From positions 100,124 through 164,123 of the forward strand of contig CAXXFK010000019.1 in assembly GCA_963663965.2 (NCBI GenBank): a stretch of 64,000 nucleotides of DNA, read 5' to 3'. The number at the start of each line of letters is the position of its first letter. Positions within the stretch are counted from its first letter, which is position 1. This DNA is from Sedimentisphaerales bacterium. Its GTDB lineage: Bacteria > Planctomycetota > Phycisphaerae > Sedimentisphaerales > SM23-30. The notes beneath the pieces were generated by a model, which was given only the letters and a program-made list of their open reading frames with translations, made no database searches and was not told the origin of the DNA. Both the position numbers and the translations under genes were made by a program. This document shows positions 38,306-47,910 of this stretch, in pieces.

Positions 38306-38598
38306 ATATCCTGTTTGATGCCCTGGCTGAAAAAGAATTCAATGAAGCAATTGAGTATTATGATATTCAGATGGAGGGTTTAGGCAAACAGCTCAAAGAT
38401 GAAATCAGACAGGCATTGCGAATATTACAGCGTTTTCCAGAATCAGGGCCGGTAGAGCGAGGCGTTATTCGTCGAATAAAAGTGCAGAAATTCCCCTATA
38501 AGATTTTATATACCTTGCTGGATGATATTATTCTGGTTATTGCTATTGCTCATTTACATCGTGAACCCTATTATTGGGTCGAGCGTTACTTAACATGA
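38302..38598 (+). CDS. RelE/ParE-family toxin
   Basis: AEKEFNEAIEYY...GLG, FPESG, KFPYKILY and IAIAHLHREPYYW. Confidence 0.9.
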   Translation: MNILFDALAEKEFNEAIEYYDIQMEGLGKQLKDEIRQALRILQRFPESGPVERGVIRRIKVQKFPYKILYTLLDDIILVIAIAHLHREPYYWVERYLT

Positions 38599-41138
38599 AA
38601 CGGTGGTCTGGAAAATTTCTGATATCCTCTCTGCTATTTTTTTGCCAGATAGCAATGGCTGACTGGCATGTGTCGCAGAGTATGGTGCGGTATCGGATCG
38701 AGCCGGACGGGGCGCGGGCGGTGGTGCCGGATGTGTTTACGATCGATCTGGAACCGGTGGGGACCAATCCGGCGCGGATGCGAATTCAATCGGCCCAGCC
38801 GGAACATAACTATCTTTGGACGGGGCGGCGGATTTATTCGAAGGGCGAGCCGATGGTCTGGCCCGGTACGGTGACGTTTGAATTAAGTTCGGCGTATGAC
38901 CGTTTTGTCGCGGAAGCGGGGGTGGATGACCGGGCGGATGGCGGGGCGGCCGCAGTGTTTAAAGTGTGGATTGATGACAAGTTGCTTTATGAGTCGCCCG
39001 GAAAACAACGGGGCGATGAACCGGCTCAGGTGAATGTGCGAATACCCTCGGGCAGCAAACAATTGCGTTTGCAGGTGGACGGGCCGGGCCGTGGTGGACG
39101 GAAAATTGCCGGGTGGGGTAACGCGGGATTCACCTTGCGGGGGCGCTCACCCCAGATTTCGCAGGTGTCATTGTGCCCGGCGGGATTCGATTATCAGCAA
39201 TTTGAACCGATCGTTACGACTACCGCCGGTCAGGTGGTGGGTAGTGAACTGATCCATAACGGGCCGGGTGAGCCGATGTCGATTTTGTTCGACAGCTCGC
39301 GCGGGGCCGGACTGTATTATGTTTACCTGGTGCGTAAAGGGAGCGCCCCGGCGGATGGCTGGAAGCCCAGGGCGGGCCTGATCCTGACGACGCGCCGTTC
39401 ACCCGCGATCGATGGGAAATGTCATGAGATGAAAGGGCTGGGTGAACTCTGGACCCAAGGCAGCATGGCCGTTGGGAAATCGGTTGTCGGCCATCTCCAT
39501 CATGGCTCGCCAGTGCATGGCGTGTTGTCGGCCCATTACGAAAAAGAACCGCAATCGGCATTGGGGATCTATTATTACGAGGGCTATTTTAGAACGGACA
39601 AACCGGGGGCGTACACGTTTGCTTCGGCATCGAACTGGGGCTCGTATCTGTCGGTGGATGGCACACTGGTGGTGGACTGGCCGGGGGGCCATGGCTGGCA
39701 GGGCGGCCATCGGGGCGAGAAACAGGGCACGGTTATCCTGACTCCGGGTGTACATCGACTGGAGTATCTGAATTGCAGTCCCTGGACGGTGATGTTTACA
39801 TTGGCTGCCTGGCAGCGAGAAGAGGATCAGGACTCCAAACCCAACCTGCGGATTATGACGGACGCGGATTTCCTGCCGGTGGGTTATTACCGGGCTACGG
39901 CGGTGGGGTATGCCAGAAGTTACGGGAGTATGACCTGGCGGTCCATGCGTGATATTCGGGCCGAACAGAACGGGCCACCAGTGGTGACCATGGCGTTTGA
40001 TTATTTACCGGCGGAGGGCCGGGCGGAGGCGGATTGCCGCTGGCGCTTCGATGATGGGACCCGTGATAGTGGCAACGAGGTCTTTCATACTTATTTTCAG
40101 CCGGGATTGCGGCAGGTGACATTGGAAATCATCGATAAGGAGAGCAAGGTTCTGGCCACGATTGAACAGCAGGTGGCGGTGTATCCACGCTGGGACCGGG
40201 TGTGGCAGGGGCCGGATGGGCTGGATGAATTTGAAACGGAAACACTGGGCCGGGATCTCTCGGGAGTCGTACTGAGTGATCTGGTGGCGCTCTACCGGTT
40301 CGCAGATGATCTGGCGATAGACAAAGTCAAAACCCAGGCCGCGCGGGCACTGGCCGGTCAGGCTGAAGCGCTTAGTCAAGACTCTAGTTATTTATTATTC
40401 GCGCTGGAACTGGCGGATTATCTGAAAGGCTGGACGTTACGGGATTATGATGCGGCGCTGACGATATACACGGCGTTAACCGGGCCATCCATTACACCGG
40501 AAACGATTCGTCAGCGTGGCTTGTTGGGCCGGGCAGAGATTCTGATTCGTATTCAAGGCCACACTGAGGAAGGGCTTAAAGCGCTTAATCTGGTAGGATC
40601 GACCCGGGCATTGGGCGACCCATGGGGGACGCTATCTGAGATATTGCGCGCGGAAGCGCGGATGATGTCGGATGAGCCAGAGTTGGCGGCGATGACTTTG
40701 CAGCGGGCGGCCGGCGCACCGCTTGCCAGCGGTGTTCTGGTACGTCATCAGGGCTGGTTGCGCAACGCGCGTAACCAGATTTCCAGAGAGCCGGCGGCTG
40801 AACTGGATCAGGCCGCGGATCAATTGATGACTATTTTGACGGAAGATCCCATCCAATTAAGCCGTTGTGATTTTTTACTGGCGTTGATTGATTTGTATCT
40901 GAAGCGGGATGAAAATCAACTGGCCTGGCATTATTGCGAACTGGCCGGTCGTTTTGACGCGGGAGAAATCCATCGGCCGGATCTGCTGTTGCGTCAAATC
41001 CGGGCCCTGACAGCGCTGGGGCGGAATCGTGAGGCGCTGGACTGTTATCGGGATTTAAAAAACAATTATCCTTACAGCCCGGTGATACCCCAGGCCAGGG
41101 ATTTGGCGGCCCGGTATTTGACTGAGGGAAAGCAGTGA
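38595..41138 (+). CDS. Secreted NPCBM/NEW2 + PA14-like + PKD + TPR protein
   Basis: Signal peptide; FVAEAGVDD...VFKVWIDDKLLYES (NPCBM); GAYTFASAS...LSVDG.LVVDWPG (PA14-like); WRFDDG...HTY.QPG (PKD); helical C-terminus ending YPYS. Confidence 0.75.
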   Translation: MKRWSGKFLISSLLFFCQIAMADWHVSQSMVRYRIEPDGARAVVPDVFTIDLEPVGTNPARMRIQSAQPEHNYLWTGRRIYSKGEPMVWPGTVTFELSSAYDRFVAEAGVDDRADGGAAAVFKVWIDDKLLYESPGKQRGDEPAQVNVRIPSGSKQLRLQVDGPGRGGRKIAGWGNAGFTLRGRSPQISQVSLCPAGFDYQQFEPIVTTTAGQVVGSELIHNGPGEPMSILFDSSRGAGLYYVYLVRKGSAPADGWKPRAGLILTTRRSPAIDGKCHEMKGLGELWTQGSMAVGKSVVGHLHHGSPVHGVLSAHYEKEPQSALGIYYYEGYFRTDKPGAYTFASASNWGSYLSVDGTLVVDWPGGHGWQGGHRGEKQGTVILTPGVHRLEYLNCSPWTVMFTLAAWQREEDQDSKPNLRIMTDADFLPVGYYRATAVGYARSYGSMTWRSMRDIRAEQNGPPVVTMAFDYLPAEGRAEADCRWRFDDGTRDSGNEVFHTYFQPGLRQVTLEIIDKESKVLATIEQQVAVYPRWDRVWQGPDGLDEFETETLGRDLSGVVLSDLVALYRFADDLAIDKVKTQAARALAGQAEALSQDSSYLLFALELADYLKGWTLRDYDAALTIYTALTGPSITPETIRQRGLLGRAEILIRIQGHTEEGLKALNLVGSTRALGDPWGTLSEILRAEARMMSDEPELAAMTLQRAAGAPLASGVLVRHQGWLRNARNQISREPAAELDQAADQLMTILTEDPIQLSRCDFLLALIDLYLKRDENQLAWHYCELAGRFDAGEIHRPDLLLRQIRALTALGRNREALDCYRDLKNNYPYSPVIPQARDLAARYLTEGKQ

Positions 41139-41564
41139 TTTTTTACCCGGATTACCCGGAGTAAAGATTAGAATTTATTTTGCCGGGAAATGGTAGCGAA
41201 CAGGGTTATCGGTCATCATTATCAGGTATATCATAAAAATTGTGAGATTGACCGATAAAAACGTTGATATTTATCGGTTAAGATTTATAGGAAATAAATG
41301 TCAATGAAATTCATTAAAGGTCGAGATTTCTATAGAAAGGTGAGTGATGAGTCACACGATATTAGTATTGAGCAAACGAGAACAGGATTGACAACTATCA
41401 TAGAGCAAATGGGAATCGAACCGGAATTTCACAGGTTAAATAGATAAGAGTCTGAAGAGAGAAGAATATTGTCAATCCATTAAAGTCACGATTCTGGAAC
41501 TTTTCCATTCAAGTCGCAGGGTTCTTCTTCTTTCAGAACAACTTCTTTTTTAAGGAGATTTGCC

Positions 41565-42071
41565 ATGTCGCAAAATGTGCTGGAAAAGAAACCAGAACGA
41601 CAGGTAGCGGGTAAGTATCTGACATTTACCCTGGGGCGGGAGGAATATGGCCTTGAGATCCTCAAGGTGCGCGAGATTATCGGGTATATGGAAATTACCA
41701 GTGTGCCACAGGCGGCCAGTCATGTTCGCGGCGTAATCAATTTGCGCGGGCAGGTGATCCCGGTGATCGATTTGCGCACCCGTTTCGGGATGGCGTCGGT
41801 CGATCCGACCGATCAAACCTGTATTATTGTGGTGGAGATCCAGTTAGGGGATAATCCAGTCAATACCGGTATCATAGTCGACAAGGTATCGGAAGTGATG
41901 GATGTCAGCGCCGAGCAGATCGAACCGGCGCCGACAATGGGTCAGGATTTCGAGACCGATTTTATCCTGGGTATGGGAAAAATCGGCGATTCGGTCAAGA
42001 TTCTGCTGGATATCGATAAAGTTTTACTGGACAGGGAACTGGAAACGGTTTTAGAGAACACAGACGAGTAA
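41565..42071 (+). CDS. cheW: Chemotaxis coupling protein CheW
   Basis: YLTFTLGREEYG, VREII, GVINLRGQVIPVIDLR and GIIVDKVSEV. Confidence 0.96.
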   Translation: MSQNVLEKKPERQVAGKYLTFTLGREEYGLEILKVREIIGYMEITSVPQAASHVRGVINLRGQVIPVIDLRTRFGMASVDPTDQTCIIVVEIQLGDNPVNTGIIVDKVSEVMDVSAEQIEPAPTMGQDFETDFILGMGKIGDSVKILLDIDKVLLDRELETVLENTDE

Positions 42072-42092
42072 TAAGAGAAAGGGAATACGGCT

Positions 42093-44441
42093 ATGTTTAA
42101 AAACATGAAACTATCGGTTAAAATTGGAGTGGGATTCGGGTTATTGATCGTGATCGCAGGGATCTTAGGCGGCGTCGCGGTTTATAACATGAAAAATGTG
42201 GAAACGAACTCGAATATGCTGGCCCAGGAATATGTGCCGGAGGTGGAACTGGCCAACAATGTCGAGCGGTATTCGCTGTTGACGATGTATAATATTCGCG
42301 GGTATGGCTTTACGGAAGAAGAGCAGTATCTGAAACTGGGTAACGAGAATCTGGCCGAGGTCAATAAATGGCTGGATGAATGCGACAAACTGGCGCAACA
42401 AGCGCCGCATCTGGCGAAATTAAAAGATGAAGTCAAGACCAGTCGTGATAACGTCAAGAGTTATGAAAATCTGGTTGCACAGACAGTTAAATACAATCAG
42501 GCGATTGCCGAGAATCGCAAGACACTGGAAAGTACGGCCCAGACGTATATGACCAATTGCGCGGATTTTCTGGAATCTCAGAATGAGGCGTTTAAAACGG
42601 ACCTTGAACACCGGCAGGAACTGATCCATCTGGTCACCCAGATCGTGGATCTGGGGACGGTTGTCCGGGTGACCAATTTCAAGAGTCAGGCGACCAATAA
42701 TCCGGAATTGCTGTCGAAGGCTATTACCGAACTGGATCAGTTAAAAGCTTATACTAACCAATTACGAACCCAGATCAAGGAACCGGTCGATCTGCAGCGA
42801 GTCGAGGACACGGAAAAGGCGGCAGCCATTTATCAAACGGCCATGAAGGCGTTTCACGAGGAGTTCAAAAAAGGCCAGAATGCCGATAGTGCTAAGCTGG
42901 CGAGCTATCGTAGCGAGATGGATCAGGCGGCCGGAACTTATGTCAAAAATTGCGATGAATTCCTTGATGACCAACAAGCCAAACTGACCCAGGATCTGAC
43001 CGAACGCAATGCCAAAATAACCATTGTCAATGACATCATCGATGTGGGTAACTTAACCCGGATTGCCTGTTTCAAGTCACAGGCGTATCGCGATCCGAAA
43101 GTGATACAAGATGCCATGGCGAATTTTGAAGTCATGACGCAGAAGTTTGATGAACTCAAGAAGGTTACCCGCAATCAGGTGAACTTGGATCAGATCGTTG
43201 CGACCCGTACGGCGGCGAACAACTATAAAACCGCCATGAACGACCTGCTGCAAAACTGGCTGGCGCTTCAGGACGTGGGCAAGCAGCGGACGTCCGTCGG
43301 TGAAATGGTGCTTCAGAGCGCCCAGTCTACGGCATCCGCCGGAATGGACAACACCAATCGTATCGCCCAGGACGCCTCCCAGGCCCTGGCGCTCTCATCA
43401 ACGACCATGGTGGTGGGTTTAATTGCGGCAGTGATCATCGGTGTCATCGTGGCGCTGGTCATCACGCGTAGTATTGTCGGGCCGATCAATCGGATCATCG
43501 CCAATCTGACTGCCGGGGCGGAGCAGGTCGCTTCGGCCTCGTCGCAGGTCTCGTCTGCCTCTCAATCACTGGCGGAAGGTTCCACGGAACAGGCCGCCGG
43601 GTTGGAAGAAGCCGGCAGTTCGCTGGAAGAAATGGCTTCGATGACCAAAAAGAATGCCGAAAATGCCCAGCAGGCCAATCTATTGGCTGGTGAAGCCAAT
43701 AAATCGGCCCATTCGGGCAGTGAGGCGATGCAACGCATGAACAGCGCCATCAATGAGATTCAGAAGTCGTCGGAAGAGACGGCCAAGATTGTCAAGGTGA
43801 TCGATGAGATCGCGTTCCAGACCAATCTGCTGGCCTTGAACGCGGCCGTGGAAGCGGCCCGGGCGGGTGAAGCGGGCAAAGGGTTTGCCGTGGTGGCCGA
43901 AGAGGTTCGTAATCTGGCGATGCGCAGCGCTGAAGCCGCCAAGAACACCGCGACCATGATCGAAGAGTCGGTGAAAAATTCCCAAAACGGCGTGACCATC
44001 AGTGTTGAAGTAGGCAAGGCCCTGGATGATATCGTATCCGGAGTAACCAAAACGGCCGAACTGGTCGGTGAAATTGCCACCGCCAGTCAGGAACAGTCGC
44101 AAGGTATTGAACAGGTGAACCAGGCCGTGGCCCAGATGGATAAAGTGACTCAGCAGAATGCCGCCAACGCCGAAGAATCGGCCAGCGCCTCGGAAGAACT
44201 CAACGCCCAGGCCGAGCAGATGAACCAGGTTGTCGGGGAACTGGTCGCACTGGTAGGCGGGAACGTTTCCCAGTCAGGCCGGCAGACAAGTTCCCAATCA
44301 CGCCGGTCATCCACAGGTTTAAGTCAAGCCGATGCCGCCTATCACAAAATCGCGACCGGCGGCAGCGGCAATCGTAGCTTAAATGCCAATTCCAGAAACG
44401 GCGTTTTGATGGGTACTGGACATTTTGACGAATTTAATTAA
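42093..44441 (+). CDS. Methyl-accepting chemotaxis protein with a large repeated helical periplasmic domain
   Basis: Two TMs; [37 protein letters not shown] hairpin tip. Confidence 0.96.
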   Translation: MFKNMKLSVKIGVGFGLLIVIAGILGGVAVYNMKNVETNSNMLAQEYVPEVELANNVERYSLLTMYNIRGYGFTEEEQYLKLGNENLAEVNKWLDECDKLAQQAPHLAKLKDEVKTSRDNVKSYENLVAQTVKYNQAIAENRKTLESTAQTYMTNCADFLESQNEAFKTDLEHRQELIHLVTQIVDLGTVVRVTNFKSQATNNPELLSKAITELDQLKAYTNQLRTQIKEPVDLQRVEDTEKAAAIYQTAMKAFHEEFKKGQNADSAKLASYRSEMDQAAGTYVKNCDEFLDDQQAKLTQDLTERNAKITIVNDIIDVGNLTRIACFKSQAYRDPKVIQDAMANFEVMTQKFDELKKVTRNQVNLDQIVATRTAANNYKTAMNDLLQNWLALQDVGKQRTSVGEMVLQSAQSTASAGMDNTNRIAQDASQALALSSTTMVVGLIAAVIIGVIVALVITRSIVGPINRIIANLTAGAEQVASASSQVSSASQSLAEGSTEQAAGLEEAGSSLEEMASMTKKNAENAQQANLLAGEANKSAHSGSEAMQRMNSAINEIQKSSEETAKIVKVIDEIAFQTNLLALNAAVEAARAGEAGKGFAVVAEEVRNLAMRSAEAAKNTATMIEESVKNSQNGVTISVEVGKALDDIVSGVTKTAELVGEIATASQEQSQGIEQVNQAVAQMDKVTQQNAANAEESASASEELNAQAEQMNQVVGELVALVGGNVSQSGRQTSSQSRRSSTGLSQADAAYHKIATGGSGNRSLNANSRNGVLMGTGHFDEFN

Positions 44442-44462
44442 GCGTTCAATGAATTAGTATAT

Positions 44463-44501
44463 AGCCCGGACAAGATTATCAAACTTGTCCGGGCTTTTTT
44501 T
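44463..44501 (+). terminator. Rho-independent terminator
   Basis: GCCCGGACAAG...CTTGTCCGGGC followed by a T-run. Confidence 0.88.
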
Positions 44502-44976
44502 GTCTGTCAACCGGAATAGTCGTTCCATATTATCGGGTCAGTCTGGCGTGATTGAGATTTATTCAGGGAATCAAGCCCGATAAGAATGGTGTTTTCTGGG
44601 CGGCTATCCCGGCCGGAGGAATCACATGAGGGGATTATCTGATAAAAGACGAATCGCAGTCAAGGGTCGATTGATAACGTGCGATAAGATCATTGAACAG
44701 GAGTATGCCGATTTGATAGGCGATTTCAGGTACGGAGTCAAATAGATCCATGTCTGAATCCGAACGCAAAGAGAAGAGAGCTATCGGCCCGGCAATAGAA
44801 TTATAACCTAATTCCAGACAAGCCGCAGGGTTTCTCTTCTGCTTATAATAATGCTAATTCTGAGTTCCAGATGGCACTGGAAGGATTTGCCCTTATTTTG
44901 TTAATCATCGACAGGGTTTACTGCCCTGTTATCAGAGAAAAAGAATTATTTTGAGGTATGAACAGGAGAATATAGC

Positions 44977-47400
44977 ATGTTCAGGAATATGACGATCGGT
45001 AAGAGGCTGGCATTGGGTTTTTCGGTAGTTTTGCTGGTATTAGGCGGCGTGGTCATTTTGTCATTCAGCGGCGTGGGCGGGATTGTCGAGAATGCCAAGG
45101 AAGTCATTTATGGTAATGAACTTGACGCGACCATGACACAAAAAGAGGTGGATCATCTGAACTGGGTGAATCAACTGAATGCATTGTTGACGGATGAAAA
45201 TATCAAGTCATTTACAGGGCAGACAGATGATCATAAATGTGCTTTTGGCGAATGGTTATATGGCAAAGAGCGTGAAGAGGCAGAAGCACGGATTCCGGAA
45301 CTGGCGTCTTTGTTAAAGGAAATCGAGACCTGTCATCATGACTTGCATCAATCCGCGGAAGAAATCAATCATGAATTTATCCAGGCGGATGCGCAATTAC
45401 CCGGTCTGCTGGCGGATCGGATTTCGGATCATTTGAAATGGGCCATTCAGGTCCGCAAGGCGTTGAATGAGCGTCAGGATAGCCTGAGAGTGCAACTGGA
45501 TCCGACTTTGTGCGCGCTGGGAAAATGGCTAAGCAGCGCGCAGGCGCGTCATGCCTATGAGCATGGCGACGCGGCGTTTAAGTCGGCCTGGGATCAGATG
45601 CTGCAAACCCATCGACAGTTGCATGAATCGGCGGCGAAAATCGAGAAATACATGGTATTTTCCCGGATTGACGCGGCCCAGAAAAAACAGGCGGTGGCTA
45701 TCGGGACGATGAAAGAGCAGATGCAGGCATTATTCGGGTCGCTGAATACCGCGATGAATACGATTGTCGATCCAGCCAGAAACCAGGCCATTCAATCCAA
45801 TGACGCCAGGTTGCTGAATCAATGGGGCCGCATCGACATGGTCATGAATGAAGATGTGATTCAGCCATTTCTGGTGGCTCATAATACCTGTACGGAATTA
45901 TTATTAAAGGCAACCGATGAAAATATCGCCGAGTTAGACCGGAACATGAAAGGGGTTGAATCGGGAGTAGCCACCTGGCTGGCAAGCCTGGCGGGTACGA
46001 CGATGGAGGACACCGGCCGGACTATTCACCGGGAATATGAGCAGTGGCATGCGGCGGTTGACGCATTTAAGTCGGCGACCCGGGACGCTCATGACGTGAA
46101 CCAGGATTTAATAGTGGTTGAGAATTCATTCAAAGAGGAGACAGTGCCCTTGTTAAATAAAACCGTGGCGAGCCTGACGGCATTGAAGGATAAAGCCGCA
46201 CAGGATCTGAGCGGGATGCAGCGCGCCAATCTGATTTATGCTCAAAAGTCGGTCCCGAATCTAAAGAAGACCCAAGAGATTCTTAACAAAATACGAAATA
46301 AGGTGAAAGAAAATGTTATGACCCAGGAAGCCATGCTGTCGGCCGCCCAGAGTACCAGGCGTAATGTCGGCTTGACAGGCATGACAGGCATCCTGGCCGG
46401 GGTCGTGTTGGCATTTGTAATCGCTCATGGGATAACTTCCGTCCTGAAAACGATCATAAATAATATTAAGACCGGCGCAGAACAGGTGGCTACGGCATCG
46501 TCACAGGTATCGTCGGCGTCGCAATCGCTGGCGGAAGGTTCAACCGAGCAGGCCGCCGGATTGGAAGAAACCGGCAGTTCGCTGGAAGAAATGGCATCCA
46601 TGACCAAGAAGAACGCCGAAAACGCTTTACAGGCGAATACCCTGGCCCGTGAAGCGAACCAGGCCGCGCATAGCGGTAGTGAGTCGATGCAGCGGATGAG
46701 CGGCGCGATCAATGAGATCCGGAAATCGTCGGAAGAGACCGCGAAGATTGTCAAGGTCATCGATGAAATCGCGTTTCAGACCAATCTGCTGGCCCTGAAC
46801 GCGGCAGTGGAAGCAGCGCGAGCTGGTGAAGCGGGCAAAGGATTTGCCGTGGTGGCTGAAGAAGTGCGAAATCTGGCGATGCGCAGCGCGGAGGCGGCGA
46901 AAAATACCGCGACGATGATTGAGGAATCAGTGAAAAACGCACAAAATGGCGTGACGATTACCTCGGAAGTCGGCAAGGCGCTGGATGAAATCGTGACAGG
47001 GGTCACCAAAACAGCCGAGTTGATCGGGGAAATTACCACCGCCAGCCAGGAACAATCCCGCGGCATAGAACAAATCAGCATGGCCATCGCTCAAATGGAC
47101 AAGGTGATCCAGCAGAATGCCTCGAACGCGGAGGAATCGGCCAGTGCTTCTGAGGAATTAAACGCCCAGGCTGAGCAGATGAACGATGTTGTTTCTGAAC
47201 TGGTTGCTTTGATTGGCGGTAATGTGACCAATACCCAGGCAGCAAGAAAAAATTCATCCCGGCCTCAGCAGTCACGACCTGGCTCTGCGGGCCGGAGCGA
47301 TCGACTTTATCATAAAATAGCTGATTCTCATCCGAATCGTTCAATGGATCCAGAGGCAATTATACCGATGAAAGATAGCGGTTTTGATGAATTTAACTGA
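44977..47400 (+). CDS. Methyl-accepting chemotaxis protein with two CZB zinc-binding domains
   Basis: H..W / C..G.W / H...H motifs occur twice; MCP hairpin tip; two TMs. Confidence 0.93.
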   Translation: MFRNMTIGKRLALGFSVVLLVLGGVVILSFSGVGGIVENAKEVIYGNELDATMTQKEVDHLNWVNQLNALLTDENIKSFTGQTDDHKCAFGEWLYGKEREEAEARIPELASLLKEIETCHHDLHQSAEEINHEFIQADAQLPGLLADRISDHLKWAIQVRKALNERQDSLRVQLDPTLCALGKWLSSAQARHAYEHGDAAFKSAWDQMLQTHRQLHESAAKIEKYMVFSRIDAAQKKQAVAIGTMKEQMQALFGSLNTAMNTIVDPARNQAIQSNDARLLNQWGRIDMVMNEDVIQPFLVAHNTCTELLLKATDENIAELDRNMKGVESGVATWLASLAGTTMEDTGRTIHREYEQWHAAVDAFKSATRDAHDVNQDLIVVENSFKEETVPLLNKTVASLTALKDKAAQDLSGMQRANLIYAQKSVPNLKKTQEILNKIRNKVKENVMTQEAMLSAAQSTRRNVGLTGMTGILAGVVLAFVIAHGITSVLKTIINNIKTGAEQVATASSQVSSASQSLAEGSTEQAAGLEETGSSLEEMASMTKKNAENALQANTLAREANQAAHSGSESMQRMSGAINEIRKSSEETAKIVKVIDEIAFQTNLLALNAAVEAARAGEAGKGFAVVAEEVRNLAMRSAEAAKNTATMIEESVKNAQNGVTITSEVGKALDEIVTGVTKTAELIGEITTASQEQSRGIEQISMAIAQMDKVIQQNASNAEESASASEELNAQAEQMNDVVSELVALIGGNVTNTQAARKNSSRPQQSRPGSAGRSDRLYHKIADSHPNRSMDPEAIIPMKDSGFDEFN

Positions 47401-47910
47401 CCAATAACCAGATGAATTGAAAAAAAGACGCAATCCGGTTGTCAAATGCTTTCAGTGTCATAGCGAAGCATGGTAATGGGAGCGTGCATTTGAGTCATCT
47501 GAATGTTCTCAAATATCAGAGGAATGATATGTTATGACTGAAATTATTGGGAATTTTTCAGTTGTATCGATTTAAAACGCTATCTGGTCAAGGGTATTAT
47601 TGAATTTCGGGAAACTTCAAATCGTTAACTGTTAATATATCGGAACAATACCTGCCCCCGTTTTCGTATGTAAGTCAATTATAAATAGTGTTTTAAAGTA
47701 ATTATCTGTATATTAGAACCGATCAGGCCGATAAGAATACAGGGTACTCGAAAAACCTGAATTGTCAGGATTGGTGCCCGGCTCCAACTTTTTCGATTGA
47801 GATTATGGCGCTGTTGAATAACAGACGATTTGTATGCGTATCAAATTTTGGTTTGATTTAAGGGCCGAAATTAAACTAGAATAAGCGGAGTACAGGTCAA
47901 AGCATAGCAA

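Noticed and set aside
41139..41564. c-di-GMP-I riboswitch upstream of cheW (also checked before MCP2)
   Set aside because: I could not find the GGCAAAC...GAAA...GACGCAAAG core in the expected arrangement.
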